DNA of 64,000 nt, taken from the IMG/VR virus record IMGVR_UViG_3300001505_000001. The stretch is one strand, 5' to 3'. This DNA is from a virus. How positions within the stretch are numbered: position 1 is the first letter of the stretch; each line of letters opens with the position of its first letter. This document shows positions 8,251 to 17,251 of the stretch, piece by piece. The notes beneath the pieces were generated by a model. That model was not told the origin of the DNA and did not search any database. It was given only the letters and a program-made list of their open reading frames with translations. The position numbers were made by a program, and so were the translations under genes.

Positions 8251-8276
8251 GCTAACAACTCACTCTTTCTAATTTG

Positions 8277-8630
8277 TTATTTTTTGTTCCATTTTGAATC
8301 TGGTTTTAATAAACCTTCCGTCTTTAAATCGTCATTTAAACAACGTACTTCATTATCAGAATTATAATAGACTTTTGCTAAATATCTACCAAAAACATCA
8401 TCTTTATATGTCTGAATATATATTTTTTGACCTTCAACACATAACTTAGTAAAGTTTGTAGCTTCTCTAAAGTTATCTTGACCTCTTTCTGGTGTGTCTA
8501 CGTCAAGAAGTCTCAGTCTACGTTCAGCAGATGTCTTAAATCCTAAATCTAATATTACGTCTATTGTATCTCCGTCAACTACATTAGTACAAACTCCTTG
8601 AAATATATATAAACTATCCTTGATATCCAA
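8277..8630 (-). CDS. staphylococcal-nuclease-like thermonuclease (SNase fold)
   Basis: Motifs VVDGDTIDV and RLLDVDTPE match the Ca-dependent SNase/thermonuclease signature (DGDT ... R-L-x-x-[IV]-D-[AT]-P-E). Confidence 0.65.
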   Translation of the reverse strand: MDIKDSLYIFQGVCTNVVDGDTIDVILDLGFKTSAERRLRLLDVDTPERGQDNFREATNFTKLCVEGQKIYIQTYKDDVFGRYLAKVYYNSDNEVRCLNDDLKTEGLLKPDSKWNKK

Positions 8631-8643
8631 ATTATCACTCCTA

Positions 8644-9108
8644 TTATGCTAAACTATAATCATTTCCGTAAATATCTTTATATATTTTAATCTTATCTGG
8701 AACGCTAGAATGGTATTCTTTAATCCCGTTCATTACACCTAAGCCAATCATTCTTGCATAGGATTGTGTTTTATAAGTTTTTGTATAATTAAACATTCTA
8801 TCCATGATATTAAATGGTCTCAAGTCACATTCTTTATCGAAAATCACACCAATTTTATCATTTCCCATTATTTCTATGTCTCTTTTATGCTCTTTTAGAA
8901 ATCTTTCAGCTACATATAGCTCGTCTTCTGTAAAAATACCGTCAATTTTACTAATAAATACCCCAAATGAGCCACTTTCAACCATTCTAATAGTCTCGAT
9001 TTGCATGTTTTTTCCGTCTATTTTATCGTAAAATGTCTCGATTTCCATAACATTATTAACTTTATTTAAGTCACTTACTTTTAATAAAAAATTCAATTCT
9101 TCATACAT
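8644..9108 (-). CDS. hypothetical protein (154 aa)
   Basis: ORF in the array. Confidence 0.5.
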   Translation of the reverse strand: MYEELNFLLKVSDLNKVNNVMEIETFYDKIDGKNMQIETIRMVESGSFGVFISKIDGIFTEDELYVAERFLKEHKRDIEIMGNDKIGVIFDKECDLRPFNIMDRMFNYTKTYKTQSYARMIGLGVMNGIKEYHSSVPDKIKIYKDIYGNDYSLA

Positions 9109-9135
9109 TTTCCTAATTTCTCCTTATTTTCTTAC

Positions 9136-9465
9136 TTATTTTACCTTATAATTAGTAATTCCACGCATTTTAAACTGTTTTCTTGCTGCTTTTATATTAT
9201 TATCTGTTGGATTCTTTAATGTTACCACATATTTACCTCTTTTGTAAAGTATTGTATTAGAACCAGCTACTCTATTAAGTTCTGATTTTAATAATTCTAA
9301 ACTTCTTTTACCATTTTCTTTAGAAAATTTATTATTTGCTACTTCTTGTTGCAGTTCTTGTTTGCCACTATGTACTATTCCTAAGAAAATTAGTATAGGT
9401 ATTATTATAAATTGTCCGATAATTATAAATGAACATATAATAAAAACTAATCCAATTATAAACAT
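9136..9465 (-). CDS. membrane protein (109 aa; N-terminal TM pair)
   Basis: N-terminal hydrophobic segment followed by a basic C-terminus. Confidence 0.5.
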   Translation of the reverse strand: MFIIGLVFIICSFIIIGQFIIIPILIFLGIVHSGKQELQQEVANNKFSKENGKRSLELLKSELNRVAGSNTILYKRGKYVVTLKNPTDNNIKAARKQFKMRGITNYKVK

Positions 9466-9480
9466 ATTAATCTCTCCTTT

Positions 9481-9798
9481 TTACATTATTCTAAAGTTTT
9501 TGACACCATGTTTAATAAGAATATCATATGTTTTTTCTTCGTTTTTCTTATTAACAACATTAATATCAAAATATTTTCTTTTTATATCATATTCAAAACT
9601 ACAATTACAATCTTTTTCAACTAATTCTTCAAGTAATTCAGTTCTTTTATCTTTTCCAATCTGTTCATCTAAATATTCAACAGAATTTTTTCTTTTAGGT
9701 GCTAACTTCTTAGCTCCAAGTCCTAATAATCCAATAACTAAAATGTATGACATATATATTAAACCTATAGTTACTCCTAACAGGAATAGTAATATCAT
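9481..9798 (-). CDS. membrane protein (105 aa; N-terminal TM pair)
   Basis: N-terminal hydrophobic region. Contains a CNCS cysteine motif. Confidence 0.5.
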   Translation of the reverse strand: MILLFLLGVTIGLIYMSYILVIGLLGLGAKKLAPKRKNSVEYLDEQIGKDKRTELLEELVEKDCNCSFEYDIKRKYFDINVVNKKNEEKTYDILIKHGVKNFRIM

Positions 9799-9839
9799 TA
9801 TTAAACACTCCTTTTTGTTTATATATTAATTATAACATA

Positions 9840-10163
9840 TTATTTATCTTTGTCAACCTTAAATTCATTAATAATATCTAAATATTCTTGTCTTTCTTGT
9901 TCTCTTTTCTCAATGGCTTGTTGTTTAGTTGAACGTTTATGTTTAATTACTGTTACTAAAATTTCTGTATTACCTTTCTTTTGTAAGATAAATTCTCTAT
10001 AATTTTTATAAAATATATGTTTTTTGTCTCCAATATTAATAATTCTTTTGTTTTTGAGCGCTTTTAAATCTTTCATTATAGCGTCTCTTGTTTTCTTTTG
10101 ATTATAGTTGATACGTTCTGCATATCTCTCCATTGCATGGTCTGTAATTATGTATTTTGTCAT
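9840..10163 (-). CDS. DUF4258-like small protein (putative RNase-type toxin domain)
   Basis: N-terminus ITDHAMERYAERI resembles the H-A-x-x-R-[ML]-x-E-R-x-I signature of DUF4258 toxin-like proteins. Low-confidence motif match. Confidence 0.4.
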   Translation of the reverse strand: MTKYIITDHAMERYAERINYNQKKTRDAIMKDLKALKNKRIINIGDKKHIFYKNYREFILQKKGNTEILVTVIKHKRSTKQQAIEKREQERQEYLDIINEFKVDKDK

Positions 10164-10180
10164 TTTTAATTCACTCCTTA

Positions 10181-10234
10181 TTTGTTATACTCTTATTATA
10201 AACTAAAACTCTCAAAGTGTCAACCATGAGAGTT
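10181..10234 (-). promoter_or_regulatory. Terminator-promoter module B: hairpin aactctca-[aagTGTCAAcca]-tgagagtt. On the minus strand TTGACA (10223-10218) -17- TATAAT (10200-10195).
   Basis: Perfect consensus promoter with the -35 in the hairpin loop. Between gene 10220-10921 and gene 9840-10163. Confidence 0.55.
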
Positions 10235-10921
10235 AGAAAAACTAGAAATTTTTCTTTTTTTATTTTTAAATTTTACTTTCTTAAATTTTTTATAACTCCA
10301 GTATCTCATTGAATATAAATCTAAAAGTAACTTTGTATAATCTAAATTTAATTCATTCATAATTTTACAAAAACCAATGTCTTTTATAATATAAGTTTCG
10401 TTTTCTTTTTGAATAATATGATTTGAATCATTTTTTAAATCTTCGCATATTTCAAAAATATATTTTTCGTTAGTATCTAAAATATCAGCAATTACTTTAT
10501 GGCTATAATATATTTGTCCATAAAGAACAGAATAAGGAATATTATTCAACTCTGTATTATCGTGTTTGATTCCTTTATCTTTTGGAACATAAGCCATATC
10601 TTTGTTTTTATTATTTTTATTTCTATATTTTCCTAATATTAAATTAGATTTTCTACGTTTCCTATTTCTTCCTTTAAGATTTTTTAATAACAATTCATAT
10701 CCTGTTTGGGATAAATAATATTTATTGTTTTTTAATATTACTATATTTTTTTCTCCTTTTTTTATAGATTTTACAATAGGAACTATTTTATCTTTTCTTA
10801 AATTCAATTGTTCTAATATATCCTCTAACTTAATACAGTATAATATTTTATCTCCTACTTTAAATTCATAAAAATTAACATCTACTTTTACACTATTATT
10901 ATTAAAATTCTTTTTATACAT
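10220..10921 (-). CDS. hypothetical protein (233 aa), possible Bro-N-like N-terminus and basic central region
   Basis: First gene of the leftward cluster. N-terminal pattern NFYEFKVGDKILYCIKLEDILEQLNL is loosely Bro-N-like. Lysine/arginine-rich linker. Confidence 0.5.
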   Translation of the reverse strand: MYKKNFNNNSVKVDVNFYEFKVGDKILYCIKLEDILEQLNLRKDKIVPIVKSIKKGEKNIVILKNNKYYLSQTGYELLLKNLKGRNRKRRKSNLILGKYRNKNNKNKDMAYVPKDKGIKHDNTELNNIPYSVLYGQIYYSHKVIADILDTNEKYIFEICEDLKNDSNHIIQKENETYIIKDIGFCKIMNELNLDYTKLLLDLYSMRYWSYKKFKKVKFKNKKRKISSFSNSHG

Positions 10922-11498
10922 ATTGTGTTCTCCTTATTCATACATAATAAAAAACTATTGTATATTTTTCAGAATGAAAAATGTAATCAATATATATTTA
11001 CAATGTGTTTGTTAGTGAGCTAAGCGAACTAACATTACAGATTGTTATATATATTGTAAGTATCTCGATGAAGTGTTTAGTCGCTAACAAGTTAGCTCCT
11101 GTGTGCCAAAAATTACTACGTAATTGTTTGTCACAGTATTTTTTAATTATTATTTTTTAAACACTTAATAACAAACACTCAATAAACAATAGTTAAAAAA
11201 GTATATACTTATCCCTAATATACTCTCTGTTCTCAAAAACTTTTTTCAAAAAGATACCGCACTTGAAAGCCTAACGGTAATTACATTGAGACGATACGTA
11301 CTGAAAAGCACGCCTAAATTCTCCAAGTTAAAGCAACTGTTCTTACGGGAAGTTACAATAACACCCAACCTTTAAGTATTTATTGTGCGGACTGGTTTAA
11401 CCACACTAGAACATAGCTAGATACTCAAAACGAAATAAGTCTAACGTAACAATATACGCAATGCTATGCTGGTCTACTTTCTAATCATCATCTATTAT

Positions 11499-11520
11499 CG
11501 GCGAGACGACCACCTGTCCG
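11499..11520. other. candidate cos (cohesive-end) region: isolated GC-rich 22-mer cggcgagacgaccacctgtccg in AT-rich DNA upstream of HNH-terS
   Basis: The HNH plus P27-family TerS plus TerL arrangement is typical of cos packaging. cos sites normally lie just upstream of terS and are GC-rich. Position inferred, not demonstrated. Confidence 0.25.
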
Positions 11521-11843
11521 TTTATACAAACATAGGACAACTAACAAAACTTAAACTATTTATTTTCTATATATATTATAACATACACCTGATATATCTG
11601 TCAAGCGTTTTTTAAAATTTATTTAAAAATATTATATTTTTTCTTTCTGTATATATTATAACACACAGAGTAATGTTTGTGTTAATTATTTTATGACAAA
11701 TTTGTGACATTATTATTCTTATTTATGTAAAAAATTAGTAAACAACACCCGAAAATGCACGTTATTGTTACATATATAATGTAAAGGGTTTTATACATAT
11801 AAAAAAGGAAATTGTCATCTTTCTTAAATAGGAAGGTGTAAAA

Positions 11844-11969
11844 ATGACAAGCAATCCAAAATGCTCTAATTGTAACGGGCAAACTAAACATATAGACACA
11901 GACGAATACGAATGTGTTTATTGCGGTTGTGTTCTTGATGAATATGGAGATGTTATTCATGAGATATAA
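11844..11969 (+). CDS. small zinc-ribbon protein (41 aa, CxxC...CxxC)
   Basis: SD ggaaggtg plus ATG. Two CxxC pairs. Overlaps the HNH start by 11 nt. Confidence 0.35.
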   Translation: MTSNPKCSNCNGQTKHIDTDEYECVYCGCVLDEYGDVIHEI

Positions 11970-12360
11970 AGTTTGTTCACATTGTGGCAGAAGATACGAT
12001 GCAAACAAACAATGTATTTGTCAAGTAAATAATTCAAATGAATATAGTAAACAATATTATGAACAAAACAAAGAACGTAAAAAACAATTAAACAGTAAGC
12101 GTTGGAAAACTTTAAGAGAGAGAATTATTAAAAGAGACGGTGGAATGTGTAACAGATGTTGGGTAAGTCTTAATGTTATAGAAACAAAAGATTTACAAGT
12201 ACACCATATCAAACCACGTTCTGAATATCCAGAGTTAATGTATGACCCAAACAACTTAATAACAGTTTGTAAAACATGTAACCTTGCATTAGGAACAAAA
12301 GGTAGTTTAGATTGGGAAGTACAAAAGTTTAATGAAGATATTGACGAACTAAGATTATAA
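11959..12360 (+). CDS. HNH endonuclease (packaging-associated)
   Basis: CxxC ... HHIKPRSEYPELMYDPNNLITVCKTCN, an HNH motif with a Zn knuckle, immediately upstream of terS. SD ggagatg before the ATG at 11959. Confidence 0.8.
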   Translation: MRYKVCSHCGRRYDANKQCICQVNNSNEYSKQYYEQNKERKKQLNSKRWKTLRERIIKRDGGMCNRCWVSLNVIETKDLQVHHIKPRSEYPELMYDPNNLITVCKTCNLALGTKGSLDWEVQKFNEDIDELRL

Positions 12361-12378
12361 ATAAGGGGGGAAAAGGTA

Positions 12379-12888
12379 ATGTCAAGAGGTAGACCAAAAG
12401 CGCCAGCCCAACTTGTAGACCCAAGCAAAAACCATAGATATAATAAATCGCAAGTTGAACAAATGAAAAAATCAGAAGATGAATTAAAAGGCAAGTCTGA
12501 AAAAGTATCTGACATTCCGGAGTACCTATCAGACCTAGCTAAAGAATACTACTCTTTTATAGTTAATGAAATGGAAGTAAGTGGTGTTTTAAGTAATCTT
12601 GATATTCCAGTGGTCGTTCAGATTTCAGAAACGTTAGCGATTATAAGAGAGTGTGATGCTGATATTCAATTAGACGGATTGTGGTATTATGAACCAGACA
12701 GAAATGGTAGAGATGTTAAAAAGAAAAACCCTTCTGTCGATATTAGAGATAAAGCACTTAATCAATTTAAACAACTGGCTGTTCAATTAGGTATGACACC
12801 GTCATCAAGAAGTAGTTTAGCAGCAGCTAATATAGAAAAGCAAGAAAAAGAAGAAGACCCATTATTAAAAGTTCTTAATCAAAAATAA
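12379..12888 (+). CDS. terS: terminase small subunit (P27 family)
   Basis: N-terminus MSRGRPKAP, the hallmark of P27-family TerS. Position between HNH and TerL. Confidence 0.75.
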   Translation: MSRGRPKAPAQLVDPSKNHRYNKSQVEQMKKSEDELKGKSEKVSDIPEYLSDLAKEYYSFIVNEMEVSGVLSNLDIPVVVQISETLAIIRECDADIQLDGLWYYEPDRNGRDVKKKNPSVDIRDKALNQFKQLAVQLGMTPSSRSSLAAANIEKQEKEEDPLLKVLNQK

Positions 12889-12987
12889 TATAAGACCGTC
12901 ATTTGATTGTAAAAGACTACGGACACTAAGTCAATTAGGTTTAGAGGTGTCCATATACATATTAAAACTTGAAAGGAAGTCGTTCCC

Positions 12988-14496
12988 ATGACCTTTTTAG
13001 ATAATTTAATTAATGAAGATAATAAAACAGTTACAACAAACGGAGAAAATGGTTATAAATCTACTTTAAGCGGTATTTTAGATTTATCAACTGAAATTGG
13101 AAATAGTAGATTTTTAAATATAGATGATTTAACAGATTTAATGATTGAAGCAAGAGATGAAGATTTTTTATTATATTCTAAATTAATCGCATATGCAAGA
13201 GACGTTCGTCAAGGCGGGGGAGACAAACGTTTAGGTCGTTTAGGTTTTGTTGATATATTTGACAATATTAATATAAATAAAATTCCGTTTTTAGTTACTT
13301 TAATATCAGAGTACGGAAGTTACAAAGATGTGGTTCTTTTATTGTTAGCGCCAGTTAGAAACAAGGATAAAAAGAGAGTATTAGCACAACATTTAAATAA
13401 TATCTTAGATTCAGATGATACCAATGAACAAGTTAGTTTATTAGCTAAATATATGCCAACAGAAACTACTAAAGATGAAGACATGAAATTTGCATATAGA
13501 GAATTTATGAAGTATGTAGATATTACACCTAAAGAATATCGTAAAAGAAACACACGAATCAGAAAGAAACTAGACATTGTAGAAACTAAGTTAACTGAAA
13601 AACGTTATGAAGATATTGACTATTCTCGTGTTCCGTCACAAGCTAATTTGAAATATAGAGACGCTTTTATTAGAAATGACAAAGAGCGTTACACAGATTA
13701 TTTAGAAAAAGTAGATTCTGGAGAAGAAAAAATAAATAGCGGAACTCTCGCTCCTTATCAAATTGTAGACAAAGTGCGTTATAGTAATAGTTCTTCATTA
13801 AATACTCTATGGAATAATATTCCTGCGCCAACTAACAACGGATTAGAGATTCTACCTGTAGTTGACGTTTCTGGTTCTATGTATGGACTACCAATGGACG
13901 TAGCAGTTTCTTTAGGAATATTTTTATCAGAACATAACAAAGGTCAATTTAAAGACCATTTTATCACATTCTCTAATGAACCAGAATTGAAAAAAATTAA
14001 AGGTAATACTATTCGTGATAAAGTATCTAGTGTTGAATCTTCTAATTGGGGTATGAATACAGATTTAGAAAAAACATTTGATTTAATATTAAAAACAGCA
14101 ATTAACAATGATTTAACACAAGAAGAGTTACCAAAATCATTACTTATTATTTCAGATATGCAATTTGACGAAGCTACAACTGGTGGTTTTTTCGCATCAG
14201 ATGTACCAAAACCAGATGACACATTCTTTGAAAAAATGAAACATAAGTTTAAACAACATGGATATAAATTACCGTTTATAGTATTTTGGAATGTAGGATA
14301 TGGTAACACTAAACCTGTAGTTAAAACAACTAAAAATACAATTTTAGTATCTGGTTTTAGTCAAAACATATTTAACAGTATTTGTAATCTAGACCTAGAT
14401 GATTTAGAAAAATATACACCACTTAAAGCATTATTAGAAATTTTAGAATCAGATAGATATAAAGCGATAGAGGGCTTATATCAAACAACGGATTAA
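12988..14496 (+). CDS. Ro60/Rsr-like TROVE-vWA protein
   Basis: C-terminal vWA with MIDAS VVDVSGSM (Ro60: LAVDVSASM), FITFSNE (Ro60 VVAFSDE), LLIISDMQFDEATTGG (Ro60 IVFTDNETFAGG), C-terminal VSGFSQNIFNSI (Ro60 MCGFDTGALDVI). N-terminal TNGENGYKSTL resembles Ro60 NSQDGYVWQV. Assigned from remembered Ro60 motifs, no search run. Confidence 0.55.
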   Translation: MTFLDNLINEDNKTVTTNGENGYKSTLSGILDLSTEIGNSRFLNIDDLTDLMIEARDEDFLLYSKLIAYARDVRQGGGDKRLGRLGFVDIFDNININKIPFLVTLISEYGSYKDVVLLLLAPVRNKDKKRVLAQHLNNILDSDDTNEQVSLLAKYMPTETTKDEDMKFAYREFMKYVDITPKEYRKRNTRIRKKLDIVETKLTEKRYEDIDYSRVPSQANLKYRDAFIRNDKERYTDYLEKVDSGEEKINSGTLAPYQIVDKVRYSNSSSLNTLWNNIPAPTNNGLEILPVVDVSGSMYGLPMDVAVSLGIFLSEHNKGQFKDHFITFSNEPELKKIKGNTIRDKVSSVESSNWGMNTDLEKTFDLILKTAINNDLTQEELPKSLLIISDMQFDEATTGGFFASDVPKPDDTFFEKMKHKFKQHGYKLPFIVFWNVGYGNTKPVVKTTKNTILVSGFSQNIFNSICNLDLDDLEKYTPLKALLEILESDRYKAIEGLYQTTD

Positions 14497-14760
14497 TTTC
14501 CGTTGATACATATTAAAGACACTTACAGCAATCTTATTAATTCAATTTTACGGCTATTTAAAATGATTATGTGTCTTGTTTATTTTATATAAAAGTCTCT
14601 TACAGCAAATTTAATTGGATAAAGATATTTTTTAGATAATATAATACTATGTTGAGACTTGTTTATATTTTAAAAGGACGTACAGCAAACTTTTATTAAA
14701 AAACATGGGAACGTTTTTCGACTTGTCCTTTGATACATATTTTTTAAGGAGGAATATGGA
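14497..14760 (+). repeat. Intergenic direct repeats: CTTACAGCAA x3 (14522, 14599, 14679) and a ~43-nt repeat (14568-14612 and 14651-14694). Flanking ttgatacatatt at 14503 and 14733.
   Basis: Direct reading. Spacing 77 and 80 nt. No ORF. Confidence 0.7.
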
Positions 14761-15939
14761 ATGAATGAATATTTAAAACGCGATGAGGAAAGTATAACAT
14801 CTTATTGGATAAGATTATACAAAAACAGACAATCTTATGGACTAACATTTAAAGAATGTGGTCAGCTTATGAATGAAGTAACAGGAGAAAATTGGAACGA
14901 AGCAAAATGGCGTCGTGAAATGGAAGGCTATCTTAAAGTATCTAGCTATTTACAAGAAGAAAACCCCACAGGAATTAACACAGAACAATTAGAAGAAATC
15001 CAATCAGAGAAATTAGAGCTTGAAAAAGAAAAAATAAAAATGAGAGACCAGAAGCGTGAAATGCGTAATACTCTTAGACAAATGGCTCGTTTAGAACATT
15101 TAGTGGATTACGTTGAATCTGCAACAGAAACATTAGAACCATTTGAACTGCCTGTAGAAAACAAAGATAGAACTAGTGACAGAGAAGCTATGGTAGTTAT
15201 TTCTGATTGGCATTTAGGAATGAATATAGATAGTCAATTTAATAGATTTAATGAAGATGTAGCACGATACAGAATCACTAAGTTAAAGCAGAAAACATAT
15301 GAAAAAGTAATTAAAGACGACATACAGAGATTGCATATAGCTAACTTAGGCGATTTAATTCATGGTGCTATACACGTATCGACTAGAATCCAAAGTGAAG
15401 AGGATGTTATTCAGCAAGTTATAAGAGCTTCTGAATATCTGAAAGACTTTATTGGAGATTTTTTGAAATTAGGCATTGTTGTTAAGTATTATAATGTTAT
15501 AGGAAATCATGGTCGTGTATCTCCTAATAAACAAGACGTGGCAGGAATAGAAGAGAACTTTGAAAAACTTATTTTAACTATATTAGACACAGCATTTAGT
15601 TCTCAATTAAACTATACGTCTTTTGATTCTAAGGACGGTCTTATTGAAACTACAATAAAAGGACATAAAGGCGTATTAGTACACGGAGACTACGATAAAG
15701 GCGCAAGTATTGTTGCTAAGTTACCACAGTTATTAGGATATGTTCCAGATTTTGTTATAGGTGGACATTTCCACAGAGAATCAATTATGGATTATGGTAA
15801 GACAACATGTATTACTAATGGTTCTTTATGTGGTAGCGATGATTACGCAATACAAATGAGATTAGGTGGAAAACCTAGTCAAAAATATTTAACTTTCACT
15901 GATGAAGGTATTGAAGAAAATAATACGATTTATCTATAA
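14761..15939 (+). CDS. SbcD/Mre11-like calcineurin-type metallophosphoesterase with extra N-terminal domain
   Basis: Motifs VISDWHLG (I), LGDLIHG (II), GNHG (III), HGDYD, GGHFH, the canonical metallophosphatase set with an SbcD-like DWHLG. Confidence 0.7.
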   Translation: MNEYLKRDEESITSYWIRLYKNRQSYGLTFKECGQLMNEVTGENWNEAKWRREMEGYLKVSSYLQEENPTGINTEQLEEIQSEKLELEKEKIKMRDQKREMRNTLRQMARLEHLVDYVESATETLEPFELPVENKDRTSDREAMVVISDWHLGMNIDSQFNRFNEDVARYRITKLKQKTYEKVIKDDIQRLHIANLGDLIHGAIHVSTRIQSEEDVIQQVIRASEYLKDFIGDFLKLGIVVKYYNVIGNHGRVSPNKQDVAGIEENFEKLILTILDTAFSSQLNYTSFDSKDGLIETTIKGHKGVLVHGDYDKGASIVAKLPQLLGYVPDFVIGGHFHRESIMDYGKTTCITNGSLCGSDDYAIQMRLGGKPSQKYLTFTDEGIEENNTIYL

Positions 15940-15949
15940 GAATGACCTT

Positions 15950-15985
15950 ATGGGACAACTCATTTGAGAATGTCCCTTTTTTACT
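15950..15985 (+). terminator. terminator hairpin gggacaactcatttgagaatgtccc plus T6
   Basis: Stem-loop followed by ttttttactttg after the stop of 14761-15939. Confidence 0.5.
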
Positions 15986-16169
15986 TTGTTAAAATTACTT
16001 TTACTTATATTGGGATAATTAACGTGATTATCTTTGCGTCTAAAAGTCAACAAGACAAAATGGCGACCATATAGGTAAGAGTATTTTTAAGAGGGTAAAA
16101 CCTCGATTTCCTTATTCATATTCATTCATAATAATTTCTCCGAGAGGGCTTTGCCCTCTTGTTGATTAA

Positions 16170-16243
16170 CAGAATGTAGTTCAATTTGGTAGAATACCAT
16201 ATTTGGGATGTGGTGGTTGTTGGTTCAAATCCAGCCATTCTGA
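16170..16243 (+). tRNA. tRNA-Pro (anticodon TGG), CCA not encoded
   Basis: Hand-folded cloverleaf: acceptor cagaatg/cattctg, TA, D-arm gttc-aatttggta-gaat, anticodon stem ccata/tgtgg with loop ttTGGga, variable tggtt, T-arm gttgg-TTCAAAT-ccagc, discriminator A. Confidence 0.6.
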
Positions 16244-16573
16244 TACTGTCTTTTTGGAGTAGCCACCGTTTCACAGTTTTTAAAACGATAACTTTTTTTA
16301 GATGGCTACATATACATAATAAAATGTGGATTATATGTCCTCCTATTCTAACTCTGAGACTGTGAGATAGTAGCTTAAACTAGCTATTTAAGTGAATGTA
16401 AGAAATAGGTTAAAAACTAAATTCTCAAAGTGGCTTATTGAGTGCTTTTGTTGCTATAGAAAAATGGTAACGAAAGAACAAAGGGTAGTTTGAAATGGTT
16501 TGAGCCCTTTATACATATATGTCTGCTCTGCGGAGTATTGAGAGTGGAATCTTTATGGAAGAGGAAGCTCGAA

Positions 16574-16632
16574 CTCACTCTAGTTCTTTAAGTAGAACAA
16601 AGGCATTGGTTTGAATCCAATGTAAGAGTGAG
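16574..16632 (+). ncRNA. tRNA-like / Y-RNA-like structured element (8-bp closing stem ctcactct/agagtgag, hairpin gttct-ttaagt-agaac, T-arm-like cattgg-TTTGAAT-ccaatg)
   Basis: Three-way junction with a T-arm close to tRNA consensus GGTTCGAATCC. Lacks a full D/anticodon architecture. Directly upstream of the terL RBS. Confidence 0.35.
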
Positions 16633-16657
16633 ATTACATATAAGGAGATGGTAGATT

Positions 16658-17251
16658 ATGATTGATAATTATATAATTGAACATCCATCTTATCAATATG
16701 CTTTATCAGTAGTTAATGATGAAATTATTTCTGGAAAGTATATCAAAAAGGAATGTCAACGTTTCTTAGATGAATTAGAAAACGAAGACAGTCCATACTT
16801 TTTAGAATTAAAAACATTAAAACTAATAGATGATTTAACAAAGTTACTCAACATGGCTGACGGAATGAAAATTGGTAAAAGTGTTAATGAATCATTAGCA
16901 CCTTTTCAATGGTATTTCTTAGTCAACGCTTTATGTTGGAAATACAAGAACAACCCAGAAAAAAGACGTTATGAAAAATCAACATTACTAATTGCTCGTA
17001 AATCAGGAAAGAGTTTTTTAGTAGCTTTGATTTTTATATTATTGTTGCTACTAGAACCTAAAAATTCAGAGTTCTATTCAGTAGCACCAGACAGAGAACT
17101 TTCTTCAATTGTAAAAAAAGAAATAGGTAAAATGATTGAAGCAAGCCCAGCAATTTCTGATAAGTTTAAAGTTATTAAATCAGAAGTAACTTGTCTTTTA
17201 AACAATAGTAAAATGATTGCATTGGCTACATCTGATAATCGGATGGACGGT
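16658..17251 (+). CDS. terL: terminase large subunit, exon 1 (ATPase domain, Walker A ARKSGKS)
   Basis: TerL N-terminal domain. Reading frame runs into a stop 24 nt into the intron. Exon ends ...RMDG at a U. P1 pairing GACGGU with intron GCCGUC at 17263-17268. Confidence 0.75.

Noticed and set aside
8804-9829. + strand ORFs 8804-9031 and 9362-9829 within the leftward cluster
   Set aside because: They overlap co-linear minus-strand genes that have better context. I/L/S-rich composition is typical of AT-rich antisense frames.
12057-12515. 152-aa minus-strand ORF antisense to HNH/terS
   Set aside because: It is antisense inside two well-supported genes, with no start signal.
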